From Squalus acanthias (taxonomy: Eukaryota), in contig CM059436.1 in NCBI GenBank assembly GCA_030390025.1, forward strand, positions 79,176,001 to 79,240,000: 64,000 nucleotides of DNA, written 5' to 3'. Position numbers and translations under genes: made by a program. Each line of letters begins with the position of its first letter. Position 1 is the first letter of the stretch. Below, piece after piece: positions 11,918 to 23,340 of the stretch. The notes beneath the pieces were generated by a model. The model did no database searches. It was not told the DNA's origin and saw only the letters and a list, made by a program, of their open reading frames with translations.

Positions 11918-12434
11918 GTTAGTACAAAGCCACACTCAACCTCAACCTGTTGTGCCTCTCATCACATCCCCATCACTCTGCCTTCCCTACCCTACTCCTG
12001 CACATCCTTACTCACACCAACTTACCTTGCACCTCCACCCATTCCTCTCTCTCTTTCTACATTATCACATCCCCATCTCACTAGCAACCCCTCGCACTCA
12101 CCCTCATCCTAGTGCAATCATACCAACTAACAACACACAAGGGTAGCCACTTGGGTGTTTTATCCAATGTTTATGTAAAGTTTCTGTTAATGTGCTGTCA
12201 AACATAAAAATCTTTATTTTCAACACTTTCCGGTCTTGGACAGATTTGTGTGCACCTCTGGAAGTGGCTTAGTGAGTTGCAGTGAATGGTGAGACATAAT
12301 GGTACCCCCCACAATGGTGATGAGTGTGAAAGGAATGGCTTAGGCATTGTAGGGATGCTTTATGGTGTTGGTGTGGGGTGTTGCCAACCTGGCACATCAT
12401 GTGGCAGCCATATGGGTGTACAGCGTAAAGTTCA

Positions 12435-12645
12435 CTAAATCTGGCCATGATGAGGCCATCCCTGGCCTCCCAGGCAGCAATGTGGTCGGGTGCTGATGCC
12501 CTGTGTCCTGTGCAGTATCAGGTGATTACGGAGAAGATTGGTGATGTTGTTGTTAGTGCTGCTGGTGTGCCTGGTGCTGCTGATGTTGGGACTGATCGTG
12601 GTGGGATTCTGAGAACCCAGGTGGGACAGTATAAACGGCACCCAT
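12435..12645 (-). pseudogene. Harbinger transposase N- and C-terminal remnants fused by deletion of the DDE core
   Basis: Minus strand begins MGAVYTV then Q/H-rich sequence with stops, joined to HIAAWEARDGLIMARFS. Compare MGAAL... and HNVATARAVRQRLITSRF of the 37807-38922 transposase. Confidence 0.55.
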
Positions 12646-13349
12646 GTTGATGGAATAGATGGCAGGTGAAGTACAGATGACGGAAGCGATCTGTCAATGG
12701 TGACAGAGTTCTTCCAATGAGGTGACACTGGATGGAGACTTTGCTGGAAACACTTGCAGCCTGTAGAATCTGTGCTGGAAATGGCCTGAGCAACAGCTTC
12801 TGCCTGAGGAAAGTGATCATCAGTCCGGTGGGAGCTTTTACTGTACATTTCATGCTGTCAAGTTATCAGCTGGAGCAATGGCCACGGAACTCCCACCTCA
12901 GGCTGACAGACGTGGTTCCCAAGCTGCGTGAATCCCGTGGCCATGCAGGGAAATTTAAAAAGTAAATGATAAAAGGCTCTTAAGTGCCTGTAAACTACTT
13001 GATAATCATCTCAATTGGGTCGCCCGCATCTGCCGGTCGGGTCGGCTCCGCAATGACAGACGTTCCTGGGGGAAAGGCGTGTGGGAGCGAGATGACAGCA
13101 GGTTCCTGACTCTCTGTCAAAAATAACAACTTTCCCACCCGACCCGCCACCGATCGCGCCCGCTACCACCCCAGAAAATTCCGGCCATAGTAACCAATTC
13201 CCCTCCCCTATATCCTTTCATTTCTAAAAATTTTTTTATAATTACCCAGCAGGTTGTTGGTCAACTCCACTTAAGTGAATATGTGGCAAGTAGAACATTC
13301 CCAAATCATTTTTCACCTAAACAATATGAACGGAATCTTATATCTATAA

Positions 13350-13495
13350 CGTTTTCCAGTTCTGATGAAGGGTCACTGACCTGAAATGTTAACTCTGTTT
13401 CTCTCTCCACAGACGCTGCCTGACCTGCCAAGTGTTTCCAGTATTTTCTGCTTATATTTCAGATTTCCAGCATCTGCAGTATTTTGCCTTTTGTA
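13350..13495 (+). mobile_element. Penelope-like element terminal-repeat fragment
   Basis: Hammerhead core followed by TTTCTCTCTCCACAGACGCTGCCTGACCTG...TTTCAGATTTCCAGCATCTGCAG. Degenerate relatives at 6925-7005, 7712-7795 and 47680-47830. Confidence 0.7.
13356..13395 (+). ncRNA. Minimal type I hammerhead ribozyme motif
   Basis: Stem I AGTT/AACT, core CTGATGA (13362-13368), stem II GGTC-ACT-GACC, GAAA (13383-13386), vestigial stem III with GTT cleavage triplet. Confidence 0.7.
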
Positions 13496-14461
13496 TTAAC
13501 TGACTCTTAGTTGTTAATCAATTTCTTAAATTCTAGTAAATGAACTATTTTTTTGCCATCTGTATTGTCTGCCATCATCTGTTGTACAATTTTGGTTATT
13601 TTACCCTCTTTGTTACATTACAGCATCTTACACAGACGAACTATTAGTCCACTATAATTAAACGCTTTAACAGAACACCTCACTGTGAATACCTGATAGA
13701 CCAACAAAATAGTATGCAGAGTACATAAATGTACAATCCCCTTCCATAACACCCGTGTCAACATTTAGACACTTGCAGAGATAAATAGGAGAAAAACTGA
13801 AATGATGGCAGGAGTAACATCATCAGCAAGGATCAAAGGTTAAAAAAATGCACCATCAAAGTCAACAGTGGCAAAAAGAAACTTCAAAGGAATGATGCCT
13901 TAACACTGCTGTAGTTTTATTTAAACATCAGTGCTCTGGGAGCCACATGAAGACTACAGCGACAAACTAACAGACACATCCATGTGCAATAACCATCCTT
14001 ATAATCACTGGGAAAAAAATTCCGTTTTGTTCCACTAAAAGTAGAATTTTTCATGACAAAATGAGGCAGCTAAATTGTGATGCATTTTCATTACTGCTGG
14101 AATTTTTGAGGGAAAATCAGGGTGCAGAAGAGGACCCAATGTGTTGATGCTTTTAGCTATTGCAGTCCTTTCAGTCATCAAAGCAAATATCATTCCTAAA
14201 CCTGAATGATAATACAGCCGCGTACAGCTCTACCCAACCATATAGATTCTGAGCATGTCCAACCATTCACTGAAAACAGCTTTCAAGGAAAGCACTGCCT
14301 GGGGGGAAAAAAGGATCTTTTATGGCCTGACGTCACATGATCTGTTCAGTGACCTTTTCTCCATGTGCTACAAGCCAGCACAATTCTCATATGAAAGGAA
14401 TACCCAAATAGGCATGGCAAACTGGTCCAGGAAATAGTAGCTTTCAGTAAATATTTTATTG

Positions 14462-15567
14462 TTTTTTTTCTTCACACCTGGGATGTGGGCTTCACTGGCA
14501 AGGCCAGCATTTATTGCCCATCCCTCATTACCCTTGACAAGGTGGTGGTGAGCCGCCTTCTTGAACCACTGCAGTCCGTGCGGTGAAGGTGCTCCCACAG
14601 TGCTGTTAGGGTGGGAGTTCCAGGATTTTGGCCCAGCGGCGATGAAGGAACAGCGATATATTTCAAAGTCAGTATTGTGTGTGACTTGGAGGGGCACTTG
14701 GAGATGATGGTGTATCCATCAGCTTGCTGCCCATGTCCTTCTAGGTGGTAGAGGTCACAGGCTTGGAAGGTGCTGTTGAAGAAGCCTTGGCGAGTTACTG
14801 CAGTGCATCTTGTAGATGGTACACACTGCAGCCACGGTGCGCCGGTGGTGGAGGGAGTGAATGTTTAAGGTAGGGGATAGGGTGCCAATCAAGCGGGTTG
14901 CTTTGTCCTGGATGGTGTCGAGCTTCCTAAGTGTTGTTGGAGCTGCACTCATCCAGGCAAGTGGAGAGTATTCCATCACACTCCTGATTTGTGCCTTGCA
15001 GATGGTGGAAAGGCTTTGGGGAGTCAGGAGGTGAGACACTCGTTGCAGAATACCTAGCCTCTGACCTGCTCTTGTTGCCACAGTATTTATGTGGCTGGTC
15101 CAATTAAGTTTCTGGTCAATGGTGACCCCCCAGGATGTTGATGGTGGGGGATTCGGCGATGGTAATGCCATTGAATGTCAAGGGGAGGTGGTTAGACTCT
15201 CACTTGTTGAAGATAGTCATTGCCTGGCACTTATGTGGCACGAATGTTACTTGCCACTTATCAGACCAAGCCTGAATGTCGTCCAGGTCTTGCTGCATGC
15301 GAGCATGGACTGCTTCATTATCTGAGGATTTGCGAATGTAACTGAACACTGTGAAATCATCAGCGAACGTCCCCACTTCTGAACTTATGATGGAGGGAAG
15401 GTCCTTGATGAAGCAGTTGAAGATGGTTGGGCCGAGGACACTGCCCTGAGGAACTCCTGCTGCGATGTCCTGGGGTTGAGATGATTGGCCTCCAGCAACC
15501 ACAACCATCTTCCTTTGTGCGAGGTATGACTCCAGCCAGTGGAGAGTTTTCCCCCCCGATTCCCATT
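14462..15567 (-). mobile_element. CR1-clade (Zenon-like) LINE fragment, RT to 3' tail
   Basis: GVPQGSVLGPTIF, FADD, and KAQIRSVMEYSPLAW across frameshifted ORFs 15200-15727, 14755-15171 and 14368-14697; A-rich tail. Confidence 0.95.
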
Positions 15568-15630
15568 TATTTGTAGCAAATGTGCAGTAAGTGGATTCTA
15601 TCTGTGCTTTTGCATTCAATAAAATTACAT

Positions 15631-16216
15631 TGGGGAAAAATTTGGTTGCTTTGTGCCTTCTGTTAGCGCCCCAACGGGGCGCAAAGCAACTGGCGCACGG
15701 GCACGGCACCGCTGACGCCTTCCGCAAAATTCAATGAGATTTTAGCGGTGTCCCGGTAGCGTCCTGCGGCGCTTCGCCTCCAGCAATGACGTCATCGGCA
15801 TGCGCAGCGCCGGCTGCAAACTTGGCTCGCGTCCTTTGACCTGCCGCCGGACGCTATGTCTGACAGGGTCAGGGTGGCATTTTTCTGGCCGGGCAGCGAT
15901 AATTAAAGGTCAGGTGCCAGGCGGCCATTTTTTTTGGGCTGCCTGCCAGCATCTGGCCCCTCTGGCCTCCTCCTGCGGGGTGCCAGCCGCGATCCATCAG
16001 CCCGACACTCCTCTCAAGTGCCAGGCTCTTTTGCCGGCACCCCATTCAATGGGAGCGTCCCAAGAGGGAGGGGGAGTCCTTCCAGTAGCACCCCGCCTCC
16101 TGCTTGGGGCGCTCACATTGAATTTTGGGCGCGGGGGCGCCAACTTTTTCCGGGCAATAAAAGTAGCGCCCCGGCAAAGTTATTGCCCCAAAGGGGGCGC
16201 GAGCCAATTTCCCCCC
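15631..16216. mobile_element. Non-autonomous Harbinger MITE, family B
   Basis: Ends TGGGGAAAAATT...AATTTCCCCCC; internal similarity to the copies at 24715, 35881 and 60919. TSD not clean. Confidence 0.8.
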
Positions 16217-16489
16217 TCACAATATTTTACCTCTCTTGAAGATGTTCAGCCCTTTGCTGAGTATGGGCTGCAGCATTGGCCAGTAGCTCACTGAACAAGC
16301 CTCTGCTTATGGCTGAAACAATTGCACAGTTAGTGTCACCAGCGTTTGGAATGTGGAGGGCATTACAGCTGAGGCCAATCTTGACCTCACCCTGTGTCCA
16401 GAGTTGCCATTCCAGCAGGCATTACTAGATTGTGTTGTGGAGGGGGTGGAGGGATTGGAGTATAAGGAGCAATTATGTAAAATTGGGCA

Positions 16490-17520
16490 TGTTCTCACTG
16501 GAAAAGAGAAGGGTGAGAGGTTGACATGATTGCTGTTTTTAGGATTCTAAAGGGACTAGATAATGTGGACCATGGACAAGCTGTTTCACCTTGTCCAGAA
16601 CAGAAGAGGACACGGCCTGCACTTGAACGGGGGTAAATACAAAACTAATCTGTGGAAACCATGGGCCGAAAATTGATCCCGGGACGCGAGAGTACGCACT
16701 GCGTACTCTCGCGTATTCCCACTCCAATTGCCGGTTTTCTGCATGCCCTGCGCATGCGCTGAAAACCGGCAATTGCTCTTCTGAAAAGGGGGCGGGTCCT
16801 CGGTGCATCGCGTGCGCGCTACAGGCTGCGCGCACGCTGTGCACTTCATGCTTTGGACGCGCAGGTAAGTAGGGAAGATTTTGGAAATGTAAAAAGGAGG
16901 AGTAAGACCCGCTTTTAAGAAGGTAAGTAGTGAATTAAGTATTTTTTTGAATTTTTTTTTACAGGTATATCTTTTTTAGAGACTTTAAAGACAGGTAAGT
17001 TTATTTTTATAACTTTTTAAAAGATTTAAAAATTTTTTCAAAAATTAAATTTTTTATTTAAAATGGTTAATTTAATTAACTATACTTATTTTATTAATGT
17101 GATGGTTTTTTTTTTTAATTTAATTGAGGTTTAGCTGTTATTTTGGGGGGGTGTAAGATTCATAGATTTCACAGCAGGTCTGTGAAACTTATGAATGGAA
17201 GATGGTGTGCTGCCATTGGCTCTAACTGAGTCACGTGATCCCACAGCTCGCACGAATTCACTACGCCGCTGGGATACGCAAGCACTGCCCAGCTGATGTC
17301 TGGAACATCAAGTTCGTGCGAGCTGGATCTGAAAAAGCACAAGCGAGGTGAGACATCGCGGGGAAGGCTTACCCCCGCGGGAACAGAGCGAGATCAATTT
17401 CTGGGCCAATATTTTAGTGAACGAGTGGTCAATCTATGGAATGTGCTCCCTCGGGAGATGGTGGAGCAGTTAGTATTGGTTAATACAAATGCAAATTAGA
17501 TAGATTTATTTCAGAAAATC
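16490..17520 (+). mobile_element. Old CR1 fragment interrupted by a family C element
   Basis: CR1-like text TGTTCTCACTGGAAAAGAGAAGG... resumes after the insertion as FSERVVNLWNVLPREMVE. Confidence 0.7.
16663..17407. mobile_element. Harbinger-like non-autonomous element, family C (copy 1)
   Basis: TIRs GGGCCGAAAATTGATC...GATCAATTTCTGGGCC, near-TSD CAT/AAT. GC-rich arms with an AT-rich core; homologous to 25377-26143. Confidence 0.85.
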
Positions 17521-19339
17521 GCCTTGAGATACAGTATATGAGTAATTTGAGACATGATGTGTAGCAAGTGTATCATGCTTGAGAGGAAAAGGTGACTTTG
17601 GACCTCTGGTTCCCAAAACTCTCCACCACTGGGGTTTTCCTTGCCTTATGCCCGAGTCTGTGGTAGACTAATTGATTAAGTGGTAGACTAAGAGATTGAT
17701 TGCTATGATTAATCAACAACCCCATTGTTGTTGTATCATGTGACTACCAGGAGGGTAGAAGGCGAACTCGATGTCCTTGGTCTTTTTTCCTCCAGCAATC
17801 CCTATGTTACTATGTGATCAGGAGCAAGGACCCAAGGCCAAGTTTCTCCTCCTTCGGGTAGCTGAGGTCAATAGTAAGGCCTCTGCCACTGCTCTGGCCT
17901 AGGTCAGTTAACTCAACACAAACCTGCCCTTTGCTACTGAATCAGTTGATGGTGACTCTGGAGAGGGTCAGGAGAATATCTTCAGCAACTGCCAAGGGGG
18001 CTTGTGGTCGTTGTTCCTCTTCTGGCTCCAAATGAGCCACCTTGCAAAAAAGGAGGGGAACCACTGTACCGAACATGGCCTCCATCAGTGAGCGAAAAAG
18101 AGTTACAGTGTTCTCCAACAATTTCTGAAGCTGAAAGAGAACATTTTTATTCAAAAGGCCACAAGAGCAGCTTGCCCCTTTAACGCACCTAAATGCAAGC
18201 TCTGGAAGCTAATGCGCCAGTTTTATTTTGGGAGCAGTTTGCCCCGGAACTGCATCCAGCATGAGAACAGGAAGTCTGAATGCACAGGTCCCTGACACCC
18301 ATTAGCGTACAACTTACACTGGCGCGCCCTCTTCTGGTGCAACCACCTGTCAAGCTGTACAGGAGATGCAGCTGCTGTGTTATTCAGAAGCAAATGGGGC
18401 CAAAGGATTGGCACCCACTTTCCCTGTACATAGTGTCCATTCTTCAACCACTTGCTTAGGTGCTAAACCCGGAAAATTGTCTCTAATTGCTTTAATAAGA
18501 TTCCAAAAAATATTTAAAAGTTTCAAAATAGAGATGATTGAAAAATATTGGTCTTTCATGATAGTAAATAAGAGGATTTGTCATGGCTGGCAGTGAGGCG
18601 AGATAATTACCTGTTGAGTTGTGTCGTAGCCAGCCTTGCGAGTGGCGATTATGATATCTCACCGCTGGCTTATGTGGTGTTCCAATTATGTTATATGATT
18701 AAATTATAATCTAGAAGCTGGCAGCATGGCACTGAGCATTAGCACTCTCTGCTCAGTCAAATGGGTTTAATATTAGAACCTGGCTACAACTGTGATGCCG
18801 TTAAATGTGCTGTTTATGGAACAGCGGTGTTATGTGGTGTGAAAGTTACAATCAAAGTATCCTGACTCACATTTTTCAGAGGCCTTTTTCCCTCCCTGTA
18901 GGCTGCAAACTTTGTGGGGTAGCTGATGAAGTGGTCAAGGGGTAGGGGTTGTGAAAGGCAGAGTTGGCTGCTGATTTATTGGCTCTATAATCGGATGCCC
19001 TCATGGTAACACTCAGAGAGGAGGTTCTGGGAGAGAAGTGAAGACGGGCAGAATTCAAACTCATAAGGAGATGCCAAGGGAAACTGTGACAGTAATGGCT
19101 GACATGAATCTTGTCATTCATGTATGAAGTAATACTGGGCGGCCTGCTGGTGGCGCTGTCCAGGGAGAGTATAAATACTCGGGCATGGGCCCAGCTTGCT
19201 TAGGATATTCCTCAACAGGAACTAGTGAAGGACACAACTAGATCTCCATGCTGAAAAACAGTTGATTAAAGCTTTGTTTAATGCTTAGACCAAGTACCTA
19301 GTAGTTTTCTTACGTCAATGGCCATAGTCAAAGCATTAT

Positions 19340-19684
19340 CTTTCTAACCTCCTCCAGCCCTACAACCCTCCGAGATCTCTGCGCTCCTCCAATTCTGGCC
19401 TCTTGCGCATCCCCCAGTTTAATCGCTCCACCATTGCCGGCCGTGCCTTCAGCTGCCTGGGCCCCAAGCTCTGAAATTCACTCCCTAAACCTCTCCACCT
19501 CTCTACCTCTGTCTCCTCCTTTAAGACACTCCTTAAAACCTACCTCTTTGACCAAGCTTTTGGTCACCTATCCTAACATCTCATGTGGTTCCATGTCAAA
19601 TGTTGTTTGATAACATTCCTGCGAAGTGCCTTAGGATGCTTTACTATGTTAAAGGCACTATATAAATACAAGTTGTTGTTGTTG
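19340..19684 (+). mobile_element. L2 LINE 3' end
   Basis: CTCCAGCCCTACAACCCTCCGAGATCTCTGCGCTCC...GGCCGTGCCTTCAGCTG...(TTG)n tail. Confidence 0.9.
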
Positions 19685-20084
19685 CATAGAGCAGTGTTGC
19701 TCATAATACAGCCGAGGGACCATTTGTAGCACAGCTCCCCTTCACCCATGGCCCTCAAGTCTTTCATTCACAACCTACACTGTGGTGGGTTGTTGACTGC
19801 ACTGGGTTTCAATTATATTTTCTCTTCTTTTCTTCCACTCTTGCAAAAAGGCAAAGAAATGCAATTAGGAGGTTGAGTTGTTCCAGCTTCTATGAAGCAA
19901 ATGGAAGGGACTTCATAAAAAAAAATAATAGAATAGTGGGTATTTTTTACTTTCTGGGTGAAAGTGGGAGTTCTTCTTTACACAAAGAGTGATCAGAAGT
20001 GGAAGTGGACTTCCAGGTTGGACAGTACGAGCAAAATCCCTGGAATCAATTAAAAAACCACTGGACGACATGATGGAAACGATG

Positions 20085-20690
20085 GGTTAGAAATTGGCCA
20101 CCTTTGCACCCATTTTCCGGTAAGGCAAGGGGCCTGAAATTCATGCGCTGCTAAGGGCGAGCTGCCTGGGGACACACAACAGGCACTGGCAGCTCACGTA
20201 AACTATCGCAATGAGGCCCAAGGCCCAACCTCCCGTTTGAGGCACACGCTGCCTGCGCAGCGCCGATTCTGGGCTTGAAGAGCAGGCCCAGATAGATTTC
20301 TACCTCAGTGGGTCTTCCTGGATAGGCGAACTGGGATGGGCTGAACGGCCTTCCTCAAACAAATCTACATTGTGATGTCGGGGTCGATTTTGACTTTTGG
20401 GTGGCTGATCCCTTAATATTGCAATCAGGTTCCTAACTGCATCATTCGGAGGCCCAATTTTCATGAGAAATAAACCTATCACCTGTTTTAAGGGGACGCT
20501 CTGGTTGCCCTGGGGTTGGCCTCTTTCAAAATGGCGGCAGCCGGGGTTAAGTTTACCGACCCCATTTTGAGGCCCTTACTGCTCCATTAATGCCGACTTT
20601 TCCAAGTGAAAATAGGCCACATTGTGCGTGGCCTACACTCCCCGATTTACATCATGACCATCGACAAAAAGTTAGGAAACTTTGGCCTAG
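20085..20690. mobile_element. Degenerate GC-rich Harbinger-like MITE
   Basis: TIR-like GGGTTAGAAATTGG / GGGCCTGAAATT starts and GC-rich interior with YY1-like AAAATGGCGGC. Boundaries uncertain. Confidence 0.35.
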
Positions 20691-21368
20691 GGGATTAAAA
20701 AAAAAACATGAAGGCCTGCAAAACAACAAGAAACAGGTTCCAGTGGTGAACATGTTTGAGCTTTTACATATCTTGCAGGTTGTGATTAGGATGATTAATC
20801 CAATCAAAATTAATCTCCATACCAGTCCTGAGAAACACTGAGGAAATTCAGTATTTTGGGAGTTAATATAGGCAGGAATTTCATTTTGAAGAAGTAAAGC
20901 TAGCTGCGATAGAAGGACCTTTTATTCGTGTTGAAGCCTTTAAGAGAAAATCATTAGGCCAGTTCACACAGCTGTGTTTCAGGAAATGAGACCTGCGGCT
21001 ATCTTCAATTATTCCAAGAATCACTTAGTGAAGTTATTTCAAAACCAAATGTTAATTGAAATATGACAGATAAATTTTGTTTTGCTGTAATTACATTTAA
21101 TATAATTTCCTGAATGATCAATCCCCATGTCTTCCGGTAAGCCACGAATCTCCAGACTGCAGAATAGTCTTTGTCGGAATTTCTTTTTGGTTTATTCTTC
21201 TGATTTCCATCCTTTTTCCACATTTGTTTATCATTCCCTTCTCTTTCTTCGCATTGACCTTCTCCCTCTTATTGCCTCTGTGCCTATTCTTAAACCTGAT
21301 AATCATCTCAACTGAGGAAACATTTATATTGAATCTTTCAGAGTCAGTTCTACACCATTGCCTTTGGG

Positions 21369-22268
21369 TCCCAATAACCAACAAGAAGTTTCATTTATAC
21401 AGCGTCTTTAACGTAGGAAAAAGTCCCAAGGCGCTTCACAGGAGCGTTATCAAACAAAATTTGAGACCGAGCCACATAGGAGATATTAGGACAGGTGACC
21501 AAAAGCTTGGTCAAAGAGGTAGGTTTTAAGGAGAGCCTTAAAGGAGCAGAGAGTGGTAGAGAGGTGGAGAGGCTTAGGGAGGGCACTCCAGAGTTTAGGG
21601 CCAAGGCAACTGAAAGCACAGCCGCCAATGGTGGAGTGATTAAAATAGGGGAAGTGCAAGAGGCCAGAATTGGAGGAACGCAGTTCTCGGAGGGTTGTAG
21701 GGCTGGAGGAGGGTACAGAGATAGGGAGGGGTGATGCCATGGAGGGATTTCAAAACAAGGATGAGAATTTTAAAATTGAGGCATTGCCGGACTGGCAGCC
21801 AATGTAGGTCAGTGAGCATAGGGGTGATGGGTGAACGGGACTTGCAGAGTTTTGGATCAGTTTGAGTTTATGGAGGATGGAAGATGGGAGGCCGGCCAGG
21901 AGAGGGTGGGAATAGTCAAGTCTAGAGTTAACAAAAGCATGGATGAGGGTTTCAGCAGCAGATGAGCTGAGGCAGGGGCGGAGTCGGTCAGTGTTATGGA
22001 GGTGGAAAGGCAGCCTTGGTGATGGCACGGATATGTGGTCGGAAGCTCGTCTCGGGGTCAACTTTGACACCAAGGTTGTGAACGGTCTGGTTCAGCCTCA
22101 GTCAGTTGCCAGGGAGAGGGATGGAGTCGGTGGCTAGGGAACGGAGTGTGTGGTAGGGACCGAAGACAATGGCTTCGGTCTTCCCAATATTTAGTTGGAG
22201 GAAATTTCTGCTCATCTAAAACTGGATGTCGGACAAGCAGTCTGACAATTCAGTGACAGTGGAAGCAA
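21369..22268 (-). mobile_element. L2 LINE fragment (RT C-terminal region plus tail)
   Basis: ETLIHAFVNSRLDYSHPLLAGLP and AFSCLGPKLWSALP...LLKTYLF motifs. Confidence 0.92.
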
Positions 22269-22639
22269 TGCTGTGGAAAACCCCACTTATGTCATGGTCA
22301 GATTCCACGATGGCCAAAACAACAGTAAAACACTTGCATGTACTGGGGAATAGCTCAGGATAAAGGGGAAAGAGATCTAGGGGTTTAGTAGGCTCAACAC
22401 CAAACAGGGGTAATTTTCCTGGATCACCTGGGCACAGCATATGTCAATAAATCTGATAGATGGGAACACACGTCTGTGAAGGACCCCACCCGATTTCCCA
22501 CCCATGAATTAAAATGGAGGAAAATCAGACAGATTCCTCCACAGGCGAGCGCTCTGACCCAAGAAATTTCCTGATTTTTACCTGCCTGCGTGCAATCTGG
22601 AGCATCTGGGCGCAGACCCAGGAAAGTCTCCCACCAAGA

Positions 22640-23340
22640 CGTCCTACCTACAGGGAGCAGCAATTAGCAAAGCAAATAGAATGCTAAGCTATACAGCCGG
22701 AACAGTACAGTACAGGCCATACTTAAAATTGTACAGTGCTATGGTCAGAGTGCCGTGTCCATTTCTGGTCAGAGTGCCGAGTCCATTTCTGGTCAGAGTG
22801 CCGAGTCCATTTCTGGTCAGAGTGCCGAGTCCATTTCTGGTCAGAGTGCCGAGTCCATTTCTGGTCAGAATGCCGTGTCCATTTCTGGTCAGAGTGCCGA
22901 GTTCATTTCTGGTCAGAGTGCCGAGTCCATTTCTGGTCAGAGTGCCGTGTCCATTTCTGGTCAGAATGATGCAACATAGATATTCGAGCCGTGGAGGCAG
23001 TTCAGAGAAGAGCCACATAATCAATCTCTAGCAGAGTTATGAGGAAATACTGGAGAAATTTGAGCCTTTCAAACTTGGAAGGAGAACTTGAGAGATGATC
23101 TTGCAGAGATATAGAAGATGGTATAGTAAAGGTAGACTGGAACAGTATATGACATTAAATGGTGAGACTAGCACAAGAAGGCATAGGTTTAAACTAGTAA
23201 AAGGCAAATTTAAGACTGATGTCAGGAAGTTCTTCTTCAAACAAAGTGTGATCACTATATGGAATGAACTTCCAAGTGGGGTAGGGGGGCCAAAAAAACT
23301 TCTGAACTTTTTAAGAAATAACAGTTGGATGCCATGATGG
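22640..23340 (+). mobile_element. Old CR1 fragment containing a tandem repeat
   Basis: LKLYSAMVR...HFWS and RRHRFKLVKGKFKTDVRKFFFKQSVITIWNELP. Confidence 0.8.
22743..22968. repeat. 24-bp minisatellite, 9 full copies plus a partial copy
   Basis: Unit GGTCAGAGTGCCGAGTCCATTTCT. Confidence 0.97.

Larger units (their letters stand above)
11211..13186. mobile_element. PIF/Harbinger internal-deletion derivative (Myb gene remnant on +, transposase ends on -)
   Basis: TIRs GGCTGGAATTTTC...GAAAATTCCGGCC and TSD ATA/ATA. Convergent Myb/SANT exon and transposase remnants, the standard Harbinger layout. Confidence 0.9.

Noticed and set aside
17942..18130. Possible minus-strand exon after TTCTCTTTCAG
   Set aside because: No strong donor before stop codons and no recognisable peptide.
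22743..22968. Possible CRISPR-like array
   Set aside because: Units are directly adjacent with no unique spacers; eukaryotic context; derived from CR1.
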